Shown piece after piece: positions 36,401 to 49,512 of a DNA stretch of 57,039 bases. How positions within the stretch are numbered: position 1 is the first letter of the stretch; every line of letters begins with the position of its first letter. The translations under genes were made by a program, and so were the position numbers. This DNA is from Folioceros fuciformis. Lineage: Eukaryota. The DNA is taken from contig JBNGIO010005929.1 of NCBI GenBank assembly GCA_049999805.1, forward strand, positions 1-57,039. The letters run 5' to 3'. Below the pieces are notes generated by a model. The model was given only the letters and a program-made list of their open reading frames with translations, was not told the DNA's origin and did not search any database.

Positions 36401-38030
36401 CATCTGTGAATATGTGCTAGTGGGATTAGCTATTCTGGAAGGCACAGGAGAACGTACCGGATCTTTGGCACACATAGTGGAGCACGACACTGAGCATTGC
36501 GATGGAAATGTCCGGAGGTTCATCTCGGCACTAGAGTCGACCACATTTGGCCTCCTCGTTTCTGGAATCCCTGCCTTCCCTCCAGCCAATCCCTTACAGT
36601 CCGGATCTCGTCCTGAAAATATACCTCGACACACTATGTCACCTGACTCTGTTAGATTGCTGTATTCCAGCTGAACTTTCTTTGGAACTGGTCCTAGGAC
36701 TCTTGGCCTACGGCCTACTTGTCTCAGCTCCTGATAATAGTCAAAACCAGCGGTTTCTCTTGTCAGATGGATGCGTTGCATAGAAAAGCTTCTGCGCAGC
36801 TACACAAAACTGCGTGGCGGAAGGCCTATCGATAACAGTGCACGCCATCGGCCCTTGTACAAATGGGAACACAAGCTCACAAGCGAATTCTCTGACCGAT
36901 TACCTCAAGCAGAGTCTGCTTCCAGGGTGTCGAGGATGCAGCTCCCTTCCCGGACGCCGCCTGTTCATCCCTATGAAGGTTTGGTCCATCAGCAGATAGA
37001 TGCGACGCATGAAAGCGCTCCCGAACCACTATGCGACACTATGACATGCCAGAAGGCATATCGGCAAAGTACAAGCCCTAGTATCGCTCCACGTTCAAAT
37101 GAATTACGAGCTCACAAGCGAATTACGTATCTGGCCGGTTACCTCAAGCAGAATCTTCTTCCGGGATACGGAGGATGCAGTGCCCCTTCCAAAACCATCC
37201 TCTTCATCCATACAAAGGTCTGGTCCATCAGCAGACGTATCGGTAACACTAGTTTTGGTCATCCGGCCACAGTCCTCAGGTGAGGACCGACATAATTCTG
37301 CAGCAGACCTAGAATGGAAGGTCTCAGTCTGACCTCTGGCATCCACAACACCGACAGAGACCTCATGAGGAACAAGAACCGAAGCCCCGACATCACACAG
37401 CTGTTTCCTTTCTTCACCCTCCCCAATATCGCCAGCGATACAGAGTCCAACATCAATAAAAGCTTCATTCGCAACCGATTCATCCAGATCCGCCATAGGA
37501 GTCTTATCCTTCGAGCCAGGTGCATCTTCCAACGTAAACAGATACTCCAGACCAAGACTTCTACGCGCATACTTCATCCGATACGCGGCGTCCACAATTG
37601 CAGATCTTGAAAGCGTATTTCCCATCAGCTCCGCGACCACAACTCCCTCTTCGGCAGCCACCAGATAGTCCACTATAACCTCCTCCTCCAAAACAAGCAG
37701 TTCAGAAGTGGCCCTTGCCCGCTTGTTGCTCATGATTTTACTCCCGGCCCTTACAGCGCCATCGGATATCTCCGCAGCAAGGGCGACCTCATCAGAAGAC
37801 AAAGACCTCTGCCCCTTCTGAAATTTCACCCTCGAGGGGCCGCCACGGAGCCCACTGGGCGGCAAGTACGGTTCTGTAGATGGAGTGTTGACAGAGTCCT
37901 TCATCTTCCCTGCAAGCAAGCAACTTCCATAAGGCACATTGAGACCCGAATTTGGGACCTGCTGCTGTCCGAGACCATTATCGGTCGCCTTCTGCGCACA
38001 AACAGTACGTGCTCCCTGCACCACGCTCAT
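33477..38030 (-). CDS. Multi-exon protein: long low-complexity N-terminus, tandem BRCT (53BP1/Crb2-like) and C-terminal BAH domain
   Basis: BRCT1: LFRGLQFLLTG..IIEDHGGSVL..RTPKFLYGCAIGCPPLKPDWI. BRCT2: ILDGLQAVLYG..LLEHGGGRV..MPIV|PAEWLVQSL. BAH: FYEACRLDDVEYYVGDIVE|V..VVRIESLW..CRKFFWPSET..LFGSNDFRDLP|ISCLLRKVNV..YRCSFFYD. One junction (about 35880-35670) is unresolved, and a further 3' exon near 33250-33089 is possible. Confidence 0.75.
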
Positions 38031-38459
38031 AGTTGTCTACGCGCTGGACAACAGTCCACACAACAACCCATATTACGTCCACCCGCACATCCCACTCAGG
38101 TACTGGAGCCGCAGTGTATACATGCAGTCCAGGCCAGAATGATATAAGCCTGTCGCGTGAAGAGGACATGAATCGATTCGTCACGTCTCGTAGTCTCGGG
38201 CTTGCAAGCGCCTACTGTCGAGTCACTTCACAATCCAAAACGCGGGAACCCTCGACCAACTACCTGATATGACATGGCAGTGCAAGTGATCACATTCCAC
38301 CTGGAACATTTTTTGTTGTTTGAGATACATTATTGAAATGTATTCGGAGGAAGAAAGATATATGATATATAGGGAGACTTTATGACAAGGGAAAGAGACG
38401 GGAAACCATTTATCCAATGAAATGTAGGGTTTGGCACTAATGTCAAGCATATCATACTA

Positions 38460-39650
38460 TGTGGTGTGAGCCACCTCTTAAGACTACCCTCTTACTTATG
38501 GAGTGCCTTTTCAATCCTTAAGGCTACCTTCTTACTCCTTAGTGCTCCTTCAATCCTCAAGGCTACCCTCTAACTCCTTGAGGCACCTTCTCCTTAGAGT
38601 GCGCTCTCACTCCTTTAAACTATCCTCTTATTCCTTAGAGGCTCCTTGTCCTTGAGGGTCCGCCTCCCTCATTGAAGAGCTCTCTCCTTGATAATTGAGG
38701 GTGCTTTCTCCCTCTATGGGGGTACCTTCTCCTTTGAGGATGCTTTCTCCTCAAGGGTGCCCTTCTATTAAGGGCACCATCAAGACATAGTGAAGATTGA
38801 TTATATCCATCGATTTAGGGTTTATAATATAAGATAATGCATGGTATGGCACTCTCAAATCCAACAATTCCCAAATCTATAGGATATAGTAAAGCATCAC
38901 TACGTTTTAAGACTTTTCATTTAGAGAGCTCTCTACTTGATTCTTGAGAGCACTCTCTCCTTCAATGTGCTCTCTTTTATGTGCCTTTTATGAGGCTCAT
39001 AAAAGGTGTTGTCTTCTTAATTACTAAGGACTAGAGCACCTTCTTCTTAAGGGTGTCTTTTTATTGAGGGCACCATTTGAACATGGTGAAGTGTGACTAT
39101 ATCCATTGGTTTAGGGTTTATAGTATAAGATAATACTAGGTTTATGAAATGGACTTAAAGTTTGTTACCAAAATTGTTGTAGAGCACGCTCAAATCCAAC
39201 AATTCCTAAAACTATTAGATATAGTCGAACATAACTATATTTTGAGACGTCTTATTTAGGGCGCTTTCTCCTTCATCCTTGAGGGCCCCTCTCATTGAGG
39301 GGGCACTCTTCTTGATTCTTGAGAACACCCTCTTCTTCACTCTTGAGGCCTAGGGCGGCTTCTTCTTAAGGGTGCCCTTCTATTGAAGGCACCATCAGAA
39401 CATGGTGAAGTTGGACTATATCCGTTGGTGTTGGTTTGGGTTCCATTGAATAAGATCATTTCAGGTTTATTAAATGGACTTTAAGGTTGTTACCAAACTT
39501 GTTCGAACACCACTCTCAACTCTAGAAATTCTGAAAACTATTGCATATAGTCGAACATCACTATGTTCTAAGACTTCTCATTCAAGGAGCTCTTTCCTCG
39601 ATCCTTGAGGGGGCCCTCTCATGGAGGACGCTTTCTTCTTAGTTCTCGCT
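38460..39650. repeat. Degenerate tandem array (about 300-bp unit x3 plus short sub-repeats), probable transposon or satellite remnant
   Basis: GGCACCAT..(G)AACAT(A/G)GTGAAG...TATATCC recurs at about 38773, 39069 and 39388, and TCAAATCCAACAATTCC.AAA.CTAT.(A/G)GATATAGT recurs downstream in each unit. No ORF. Confidence 0.8.
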
Positions 39651-39814
39651 CGTGGGTGGAAGGATGTTGAAGAGGAGGCCGGCTAGGAGCATAAGCATAG
39701 GACGTGGGATGAGTGAGAGCAAAATCACTGCTGCCACTTGTGCTGGACGTGCATTTGTGGGCAGTCCTACGTTATGGTCGTAGGTGGAAGGTGTGTAGTG
39801 TCCACTTACAGTAT

Positions 39815-39930
39815 CTCAGAAATCCACTCCCATCAAAGGAGGAAGAGTGATAGGGGGGAGAGGGAGGTCGACCTCAGAAATCCACTCCCATCAAAGGAGG
39901 AAGAGTGATAGGGGGGAGAGGGAGGTCGAC
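39815..39930. repeat. Perfect 58-bp direct tandem duplication
   Basis: CTCAGAAATCC...GGGAGGTCGAC at 39815-39872 and again at 39873-39930. Confidence 0.95.
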
Positions 39931-41409
39931 CGCCTTCTATAAGGCTCTATTGTGCTTATGCATTAACTAATGTCTGTATGAAATATGTCTACCAATCACC
40001 CAACCACTGCTTGTAAAAACTATTCAACAATGTCGTCCCCTAAAAATGCACCCGATCTTTGTAAGCATCGCTCTCTTCATCTTCTTATTGGGAATCCTAC
40101 CGATAACAAAGACTGGCTTAAAGAGGTGACGTCGGCTCCCCTTCTTCCGGAAACCTTCACAGGAATGCTAGTGAGTGTGCCACCGCAGGCCAACCTGCGA
40201 TCGCCGTTACCTCCTACTCATCTTGAGACCCTGCACTCTTCGCCAAGCTAGCTGTCAAGGCCATGTGCCTCCTCATAGCCGGGCTGGAAAGTAGGCCCCC
40301 ATTCCCAGTGTATTTTCAGTTCCTGTAAGCAGGTGTTTCCCTTGTGTTGACAAAACACCCGATTTGAGCGGGCTTGACAAGCCCACCACCTTCATGCAAC
40401 TATTGTCGGGTTGACAGGCGATGTGGGATTCGTGCATGTTCAGCTTCTGTTAGGCAAGAACTTCACACAGCTCTTGCCGCCTAATAAGCACCATCATGGT
40501 TGCACTGTCGTAGGGGCTATGAGAGCACGTTAGTAGCCTGCGCTCGCCATCTAGTCACACATGAAGAGCCCCTGAATGCTGGGCCATGTTCCACTTGCTA
40601 TCTGCAACGTCTAAGTTGCCTTACCCACTGTACCACCCATACTTGCCATCTCCACAATAGGAAGCCACCAATCATTCTCTCTTGACCTAGGGACCCTCCT
40701 CCTTTGGTTCACAGTCTCCAGGCTTTGTCACTTCGCCTCAGAAGCCGCCGGTTGGATATTCTTGCCTCCGGAGTCAGGCTTCGCGCATACCCTAAACCCT
40801 AACCATTCCACGGCCGTTTATGCTTGCAACTATCTCTTAAACATGTTTGGAAAACTAAGTTATATGTGGTGGGACCCATGGCCTGTATTATTTTCCACGT
40901 GTCATTCTTTTGGCAATCACACGTTCCTACATACATACCAGGTAGCATACAATGTATAATAGTCTTATTAGGTTAATAGTATGTATAATAGTATTAGGAG
41001 GTGTGTATACATACCGGTCATATACTGTATATAATAATATTGATATTAGAGTAGTGAGTAACCCTAGAAAACCAAGATGTGCTTTGAAGACCACTCTAGA
41101 TGCAAGGGTAACCTTGCCTTTGCCAAATTTTGCATTCTTGATATAGGCCAACATTTGAGGCTCCCCCAACCACTATGACACATTCATGTCCCAAATTCGG
41201 CATTCCACCCCCAACTCAATCATGATAGCAGAGACATCATCTAGTCAATGACACATCGTACTAAGTCTTTTATCTCGGAGAGACATTCTTATGGTGTGCT
41301 CATCAAGCCCCAATCCCCCTGAATCATGCCCATAGCTCTCAACTTGACTGCATCCCAAAGAGAAGGTAAATGGTCGAGGCCCCTAGTTGGAAGGAACGCA
41401 TAGGTAAAG

Positions 41410-41509
41410 NNNNNNNNNNNNNNNNNNNNNNNNNNNNNNNNNNNNNNNNNNNNNNNNNNNNNNNNNNNNNNNNNNNNNNNNNNNNNNNNNNNNNNNNNNN
41501 NNNNNNNNN
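41410..41509. other. Assembly gap (100 N)
   Basis: Run of exactly 100 N. Confidence 0.99.
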
Positions 41510-41599
41510 TCGTTGGCATGTAGTAATAATATGTTTTCTCCACCTTCTTCCGCCTGAGCACACAAACCTTGTTGGTTGTGCGTGCTACCCCTAAGAAAA

Positions 41600-42650
41600 A
41601 GTTGCTCTAAACTTTGCTAGCCCAATGTCATGTTTCGGAGTTAGCCCTTCATGACTTCTTCATGACCCCTTTATGTCGTGTTTCGGAGTTAGCCCTCCAT
41701 GACTTCTTCATGACCCCTTTGAATCTAGGCAATGGACCAAATTGAGTCACCTCTGATTTATCGCTGCTACCTCCAACTCCTAAACAAAGCGGACAAGCTT
41801 GGTTAAGGTGATTTTGTAGGCCACAACCCCCGCACCTAATAGGTAGGTTTGGGTAGTCAAAGAGTTGGGTGTAGCATTTGGAGGAATCCTCTGGATCACG
41901 AACAACAGCACCTGCAAGCAAAGATGAGAGGCTATATACTCTCACACCAAATCGTGGTGGTTTGCTTTTGTTGAAGAAATGAGAACCCACCTTGGGCACC
42001 TCCACCACTTGACCAATTGTCTCTAGAATTTTGCGAATCCTTGGGGCAAGTTGGATAGGCACGGCGGAAAGTCCCACCCATAGAAAATGTTGCTTGATTT
42101 TGGATTGCATGATTGTCTTCCTAAGAGACCACGCCTCCACCAACACCAAGATGGAACCTCGGAAGGACAACGTCGTTTGTAAGAGTGCTTGGGCTCCTGC
42201 TGCCTCGTCACATTTAATCTGGAAGGAACCATTGTCTTTCAGGAAGAGATATGCTTGGGGACATCCCGTAACTTGTGCCACCTAGTCCTCTAGCTCCCCC
42301 ATGGTAGGAGGACCTCCGGAAATTAGCCACCCCACCACCGAGCTGACCACAAGCTTGTCTTCCTTCTTCTGAAAGTATCTCTTCTCAGTGAGAACGTTCG
42401 CCAAAGGACCCAACTGTAGACCAGTACCCTCATTCGCTGAACTTGAGGCATATCCTTGACTAGGGTCCACGTTTGGCCTCCCAAGGGCAGAGTCCACCTC
42501 AAGCATCTGTACCTATTACTCCTTCTCCACCTTTGCCTTCTTCCGACTAGGGTCACTAGAACTAGATGTTGTGGCCATTGTGTTAGGCCCCCACACGTTT
42601 TGCTCATCAAAGCACATACTGAGCACCTTAGCCCATGTGCCAACTTTTCA
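41600..42650 (-). mobile_element. Degenerate LINE (non-LTR retrotransposon) ORF1/gag-like fragment
   Basis: LVEAW...LWVGLSAVPIQL..ILETIGQVVEV...FDYPNLPIRCGGCGLQNHLNQACP has the plant LINE ORF1 layout with a CX2CX4HX4C knuckle. In-frame TAG at 42282-42284 and a 48-bp internal duplication at about 41632-41720. Confidence 0.75.
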
Positions 42651-42755
42651 TTCCCCTAGCAGGGGGCTCACAACCTCCATTGTACCTCCAAGCTAGACCA
42701 TCATTCCATATCCAACACACTTACTTCCCGCACCTCCCATGTTCCCCGCCCCAAT

Positions 42756-44337
42756 TCGTATATTCTCATCTTTGTTGATAACTTCGCACGGAAGGTATGG
42801 ACTTACCTCTTGAAGGAGAAATCTTAGGTGTTTATGACCTTAAAGGAGTGGAAGGCTTTGGTCGAGAAGGAATGTGGCGACCAACTTAAGATACTTCGTA
42901 GTAACAACAAAGGCGAATATGTATCTTTTCTTTTCCAGAATTTTTGTAAGGCAAACAGCATTATCCAGCAACTCACAATTCCGCACAATCCTTAACAAAA
43001 TGGAGTGGCAAAGTGCAAAATATGGAGCCTTGTTGAAGCCGCTAAGTGCATGCTCCATCATAGTGCCTTGCCTGTACGTTTTTTGGGCGAAACTATTATG
43101 ACAACTACCTTTGTGTTAAATAGAGTTCCAACAAAGGCAGTACCTGACATGACTCCGGAGGAAGCGTGGTGTGGCATCAAGCCTGACATTAGTCATTTAC
43201 GGATATTTGGTTTTACAACTTATGCTCATGTTCCGAAGGCCAACCAAACCTAGTGGGATTTGACAGACATAAAATGCCTTATGCTTGGTTACTCAAATGA
43301 AGGTAAATGGTTTCGATTATATAATCTTACCACAAAGAAGATCATTTTCAATTGGGATGTTGTATTTCATGAGGTTGTCGACCCTACCAAAGGAGTAGGA
43401 GGTCTATCTACGACTCCACTCTTTCCTTAGCAGACTTCTCCTCTGTATGGTCCTAACCCTATTGAGGATTCTATGCCTAGTATCAACCCGATGCCACCCA
43501 CTTCAATACATGTCATATCTTCTCAACTTTGTGACATAGAGGGGGGAAACTCTTGATGTCCCTGCAGTTGGAGAATTAGATGAAGCTCTTGGAAGCATTG
43601 TAGCTGAAGACATCACAGCATTCTAGAGACATTGCCTATCTTACATAGATCAACGAGAGAAAGCAAACCTTCACAAAAGCTCTTAGACCTCATCAATGGC
43701 TGTGTGCAGGAGAAGTTGGAATATTTTGCAGATGCTACAAAACCATGAAGCTTGAAGAAAGCCTTCGAAGGTCCAAGGCAAAGGAATGGAAAGAGGCTAT
43801 GGACAATGAATACCACTCACTTATCAAAAATAAAACTTGGACAATCACTCTTCTACCCCCTAGAAGGAAAATCTTAGGGTCCAAGTGGACATTCAAGTTC
43901 AAGCGAAAGGCCAAGAGTAGCATAGAGGGCTACACAAGGACGAAACACATTGAAGTTAAGCATCACTTCATTAGGAAGAAAGATCTATTTAAAGAAATAG
44001 AATTAGCTTATTGCCCTTGCTGATATTCTTACCAAAGGTTTAGCCTTAGAAAAAGCATATAAAGTTTAACAAGATAATAGGTTTAACTGAGTAAGTCTTA
44101 TAGGTTAGCTTGTAGATGTGTTGAGTGAGAGTGTTACAAAACCCATCAGCTTGTGCAACGCATCTAAACTAGAATATGTAGAGTATATCCCAAGATATGT
44201 AGGATAATACCTGGGTTGAGGGATTCCTTATCCTCATGGGGGTATTGTTATGCTTACAGGCTATAGATGTAGGTGTGGGCTATCAATTTGAACGTAATCA
44301 ACCAGGGATAGATTTTGGGACTCATTGTTTTCTAACA
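42756..44337 (+). mobile_element. Truncated, internally deleted Ty1/copia LTR retrotransposon
   Basis: Integrase (LIFVDNFARKVWTYLLKEKS*, LKILRSNNKGEY, QNGVA, TPEEAWCGIKPDISHLRIFG), RT start (WKEAMDNEYHSLIKNKTW..LPPRRKILGSKWTFK) and RNase H end (RTKHIEVKHHFIR..DILTKGL), in copia INT-RT-RH order. Contains stops and frameshifts. Confidence 0.92.
44132..44337 (+). repeat. Putative 3' LTR of the copia remnant
   Basis: Purine tract TTGAGTGAGAG immediately before TGTTA (44132); matching inverted end TAACA at 44333-44337. Confidence 0.65.
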
Positions 44338-47003
44338 CGCAGCGAGCAGCTAGTGCAACGGGATGTGTGACAATTCTCATCTCACCTTGAACTAAACCTT
44401 CAATAGGGACCTTGCTGTCACCTTCGGTGTCAAGGCCTGCAAAAATGGATCCAAGTAGGGCTGGGGGAGACCTCGGATGCAAACAATAGACCAACTACCA
44501 CATTCAATTTTCCCCAAGTATAACGAGCCAACAGACGGATCCCAGGCCACTGCCACACCACTAAAACCACATACAAAAGTTCAAAACTCGTGGTACTCGT
44601 ACCTGTGATTGACTGAAGGAGATTTGAATGAGCGCACAAAGGTCTGTTCATCCCTACGGTCAGCCCATGACACGTAAAGACCGTGTCGGAACATGTAGAT
44701 TATCATGCCTTGCAGGAATTGCCAGAAGTCGAGCCTACACATCAATCAATCCTCACAATTCTATTGATTCTCACAGTTCTAGAACTTGTGCTCTACCGGA
44801 TAAGAATACACAGGCCAGGCGACAAGGAAATGCAGAGTGCGTGATATTCAACTCCATTCAATGGCAAATAACTTCACACATCAACAAAGCAGACAGATCG
44901 TTAGTTCAATTCCATTCATGGCAAACCCGCGTGGAGGTCAGATCACGACGTCGTGACTGCAAGCACACAGACTCCGAACAAAACAAGACAGAGATTAGAC
45001 ACGCAGACAAAGATTGTGACAAAGATTCCACGTAACACATCTCCTTCACAGGCGCGAGCACCCTAGGCAAATGACGCCGTCTGCCACCTGCCATGTCCAG
45101 ACCTCCTCATCAAAGCAGCAACGATCTGGCATATATCAAGCAGAGTGCGGCGGACGGCACACTTACCAGCTCTTTCTTGCTTTACGGCATATTTTCACTC
45201 CAACCATAAGTGTCCGGGCGTCTGGTGACTCCCACCATCCTTTGTTTCCGGAAGGCGCGCAAATCTGCTGGATCCCGAGACTCACAGCCTGATATGGGCC
45301 GCGGCTCGCAGTTAGTACCAGTCATATAGGCGCCATCATGAAAGGATTTGCACCGCCTGCCTCCTCATCCATTCGCCCACGACAGTCTCTGCACGCCTGG
45401 CACCACATCGCACCAATCACAGGCGTGAAACCTTACAGCTCAGCTCAGACGGGCCGCGGTTGCAACAGCCTCCCGTGACTCCACGCCTCCGAGTTACCGC
45501 CATCGTTTTTACCCTGGGTGTCTCCCCTCCCTGTCGGTTGTTGGTACAACATATAGTGGAGCTTGCGCCCCGATGCTCACTCGCTCGCTCCTGCTCTTGT
45601 CGTCAGCCACCGAGGGTCCGTGCAGCGTGCGGCTGCGGGCTGTGCTATCGCTATCGCTCTTGGTCGTGAGCCGCAAGCGCCTTCCGACTGCCTTGGTCCC
45701 GACCACTTGCTGCATTTTTTGAGCCCTCGCGTAAGTTGTGCCGATCGACGTCCTGTTACAACGTTCCTCTCTCACGAATGCGTGACGCGCTATGTGCATA
45801 TGTTTCGGTTCTGTGCCGAACTGTGTCTGTGCCTAATGCATGAATGTCAGTGTCAGAGTCCCGAGCCTGCCAGCTGCATTCGTATGTTCACGATTCGCGG
45901 AGTGAGCTGCTAAGCGTGCCGTCCGCCGCCAGCCGCACTGCGATTTTGATCCACGCCACATCGCTGTTGCTTTGCTGATCTGATAAAGAGGTCTGGATCT
46001 GGCAGATGGCAGACAGCTTCATCTGCCTTGACTGCCACTCGCCTCTGAAGTAGATGAGTCTACTTGAATTCTTTGTCTACGTGTCTGAACGATTTTTTTT
46101 CTGTTCGGAGTCTGTGTGCCTGTAGTTACGAGGTCCAAAGCAGCGCGTTTCACCGGAATTTGCATTCCTGGATGAGTAGTTCAATGTCTTGCTTGTCCTC
46201 GAATTGAAAGATCTGACCTGAACTCACCGCGGGTTTGCCACGACCGTCAATTGAACTAACGATCTATTTGCTTTCTTGGAGTTGTGGAATGATTTGTCAG
46301 TGCCTGGAGTTGAAATCAAGAGACATCCACTTGAACGAGTGTCCGAATCTCTGGATCCATGAAAAGATCTTCTGAACATATGGCTTAGAAGTTGGGAAAG
46401 TTCTGGACCTCGTGTTTCAAGTTAGCTTTCCGGATTGCAGACTGCGTTCCTGCACTTGAGATACGTCATTTGTAATCAGCTTCATTGCGCTTACTGTTGT
46501 CATCCCGGATAGTTAAACTTTTTGAGCTTAAGCTCGGTTGTCCGTCATCCAGATGCTGTGCCTGCACGCTCTCCGCATCTTCGCGTCGCCTGGCCTTGCC
46601 TGTAATTTGCTTCTTGATCCGGTAGAGTCCAGCTGGAACTGTGAGGATTGATGTGCAGGCTGCATTTACGGCAATTCCTGCTATCCATGATCCGCTACCT
46701 GTTCCCGCAGACCTTTACATTTTGTAGTGTGCCATTGGCTGACCCTAGGACCGAACGGATACAAAAAAGTGCGCTGCTGCAGGTCGAATGATTTGTCAAA
46801 GTCCGAAAACTTCGTTGACAGTCTATTCCACGGGTGAAGAACACTGGAATAAGTGCACAACGGCTAAAATCATCTTGCTGGCTATCTTGAAGATGTGATT
46901 GTATGTAGCTTTGCGTGCCCATTTTAAGTTGATCGCGGTCCCATGCTGTGTGCGCAGGTGCAGAGTAAGTAGTACGCGCGAGCTGGGAGCACCTCAGACG
47001 CTT

Positions 47004-49149
47004 ATGGATATGTCGAAAGCTCTGGCAGCAAACATGAACTCAGCCAACTGCAACTCAGTTATGCTGAATGACCTGCAGCAGCTTGAATTTGCTCTGCAGT
47101 CTAATCTTTTCAAGTCGGATTCTGCGAGCTACTGTGCCCGATGTGACCCGGAGATTCGAAGGCTCGAGGCGCAGCTGCATGAAAGCCTGGCTAATCAAGA
47201 TGCTCTTGGGGCAGAGCTCCGGTGGGCACTGGAGAGCAAGCTTGCAGCTGAGCTGTCTCTTGCCGAGCATTTGACACATACTAGGTCCCTTATTGACAGC
47301 TTGGGCAATACAACACCACGAGGTCCCCTTGGCTGGATGCCTGCAACTTCACCACCTGATCAGGACGAGGATTCTCTTAGCCTCTTTTCTCAGCCGCTTA
47401 TTTCCTCTCCAATGAAGGATGATTATCGCCATGAGAATGGGAAGCACTGCGATGAAGTAACCAAGGAGCTGGAGATGCAGCTGGCGAGAATGTCTTTCCA
47501 GTTTCAGACACTAGCGGAATGCTATAGCCTGACTGCCCATCGTCTGCAGCAGGCACAGACTGAAGTTTACAAGCTCAACCGTGAGAATCTTGAGCTCCAA
47601 GCTGCAAATGGAGAGCTTATAAAGGGCTATCGCTTGAAGGAACGACAGCTGCAACAAGTTCTGCTGGACAGGACTGCGTTCGACATGCCTGGGACAGAAT
47701 TCAGCATGTCGGCTCTGCCCCTAAGTTATGGCAATACTCCACCGATGAGCGAGGAAACATTCAGCCATGTGAACTCGCCAGAGCTCAAACAGGGTATGCG
47801 CCATTCAGATGCTGCCGACAATGCTCCGTCCAAAGGTGGGCCAGGCTCCTATTCCGGAGGTCGAGGTCGTGAGCACCAAGACCAGACAACCGCTTTGTCT
47901 CAGCTGTCCATTGCCGACAACTCTACTGCAGCTGATACCAAGACCTTGCCACCTTCTACACTCCAGCATGGGAGGGTTCTCTCTGAAAGAACGAACATAT
48001 CCAATCTGGTCATTCCGAAGCGAGACTTCAAGACATGGTATTTGCCAAGCAAGTTTCCTTCTCGTGACCATCAGCAGTTTGATTCCCCTGGTGCCGCAAG
48101 TGTATGTGCCATGAAAGCCAACGCAGAATCTGTTCCAACAGTTGCAACGTTGCCAGCAAGATCCTTGTGTGAGGATTTGACTCAGTCAACAGATTGCACA
48201 GTTGTGCTGGATACTGATCCTCTGATCCTTAACTCGAAGCCTGCAACTATCAGCGAGGGGAGTGGCAGCAAGGTCCATGGATCCGTCATGTTGCCTAAAA
48301 GCATCTCGATTCGTGCCAGTGGTACGTCTGTTGTGACAGTGATGGCCAATTTATCTTGTCAGACCAAGAAGAAGAGATCAGTCTCTCCTGAGAGTACTGA
48401 CAGCATCCAGAGTCTTGTTTTGTCACCAGTCTCTCCACTTCGACCTCATCGACTTCGGCTGTCGCCAATGATGGGCAGAGAAGTATGACGAAGTCATTAC
48501 CTTCAATCAGGAGTAGCCCAGGGCATGCACGTTCATGACTGATGATGTCAGATCCTCAGTTAGGGATGCGTTAGTCCGGTCCACCCTGTTTGCGCTTGAT
48601 CCTGTAGCCTCGTAGACTTGCAGTCTGAAGTCTCTGACAATGCTGGTGATGTTCACCGACTTGGTGCTGGCTTTTAGGTTTATCTTGGAGTCAGTCTGTA
48701 TGGATCATAGCAGGGGGCGGTTTGTCACAAGGAGAACATCGTATAACAAAGGATGAGTCGGTTGTGCCACCATGCACAAACTGTCTGGTCTATATAATAG
48801 AAGTCTGTGCGATTCTGACCTCAAATGTATCATGTGAATGCAGGAACTGCTTACTTCAGATTCTGCAGGAAAGGAAGGAAGTGATAACGACCAAGTGGAG
48901 TGCGATGTGTTCGATCAGGGCATGTACAAAACAGAGCTGTGCAACAAGTGGCAGGAAGGTGGGCATTGTCCGTATGGAAATCGTTGTCAGTTTGCACACG
49001 GCGTCGATGAGCTCCGTCCTGTACTTCGCCATCCCCGATACAAAACTGAGCTGTGTCGTATGGTTGCTAATGGCGACAAGTGCCCCTATGGACATCGTTG
49101 TCATTTTCGGCATTCAATGACGAAAGAAGAGCGAGCCTCTCTGCTGTGA
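47004..49149 (+). CDS. Tandem CCCH zinc-finger protein (TTP/ZFP36 type, AtC3H14/15-like) with long N-terminal coiled-coil/low-complexity region
   Basis: Large exon to 48482 (GAA|GTATGA) joins in phase 0 to exon 48844-49149, which encodes [27 protein letters not shown][27 protein letters not shown]. Start uncertain; ATG 47004 is the first after the acceptor near 46957. Confidence 0.8.
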
Positions 49150-49512
49150 ACCTGCGAGGAACAAGCAAGCGTCTCTTATATATAATATTTCACCTCTATG
49201 TGAGTTAATAGTCGTCTATTTCTTTATAGGACCCTATTTCTTTATAGGAAAATCTGTAGTTTCCCTCCAGAAATGGAGGTTTAATCTCTTTATGTTGTTG
49301 CCCACTTACCTACTCGGGAAAGGCCCCCACCCACCCCTAGATAACTTTGGTAGTCTACTTAGTAGTCTATATACTTTAGTTGCTGTTTTATTGGCACATC
49401 TTTTTAGGCATTCCTCGAGATCCCAATTTGTAAACAAATCAGAGAGTGCTATGTATGTCCAGGATCCGTTGTAGGTGATGTCAGCCCTTTCTAATCGGCA
49501 TCATGTCGTACA

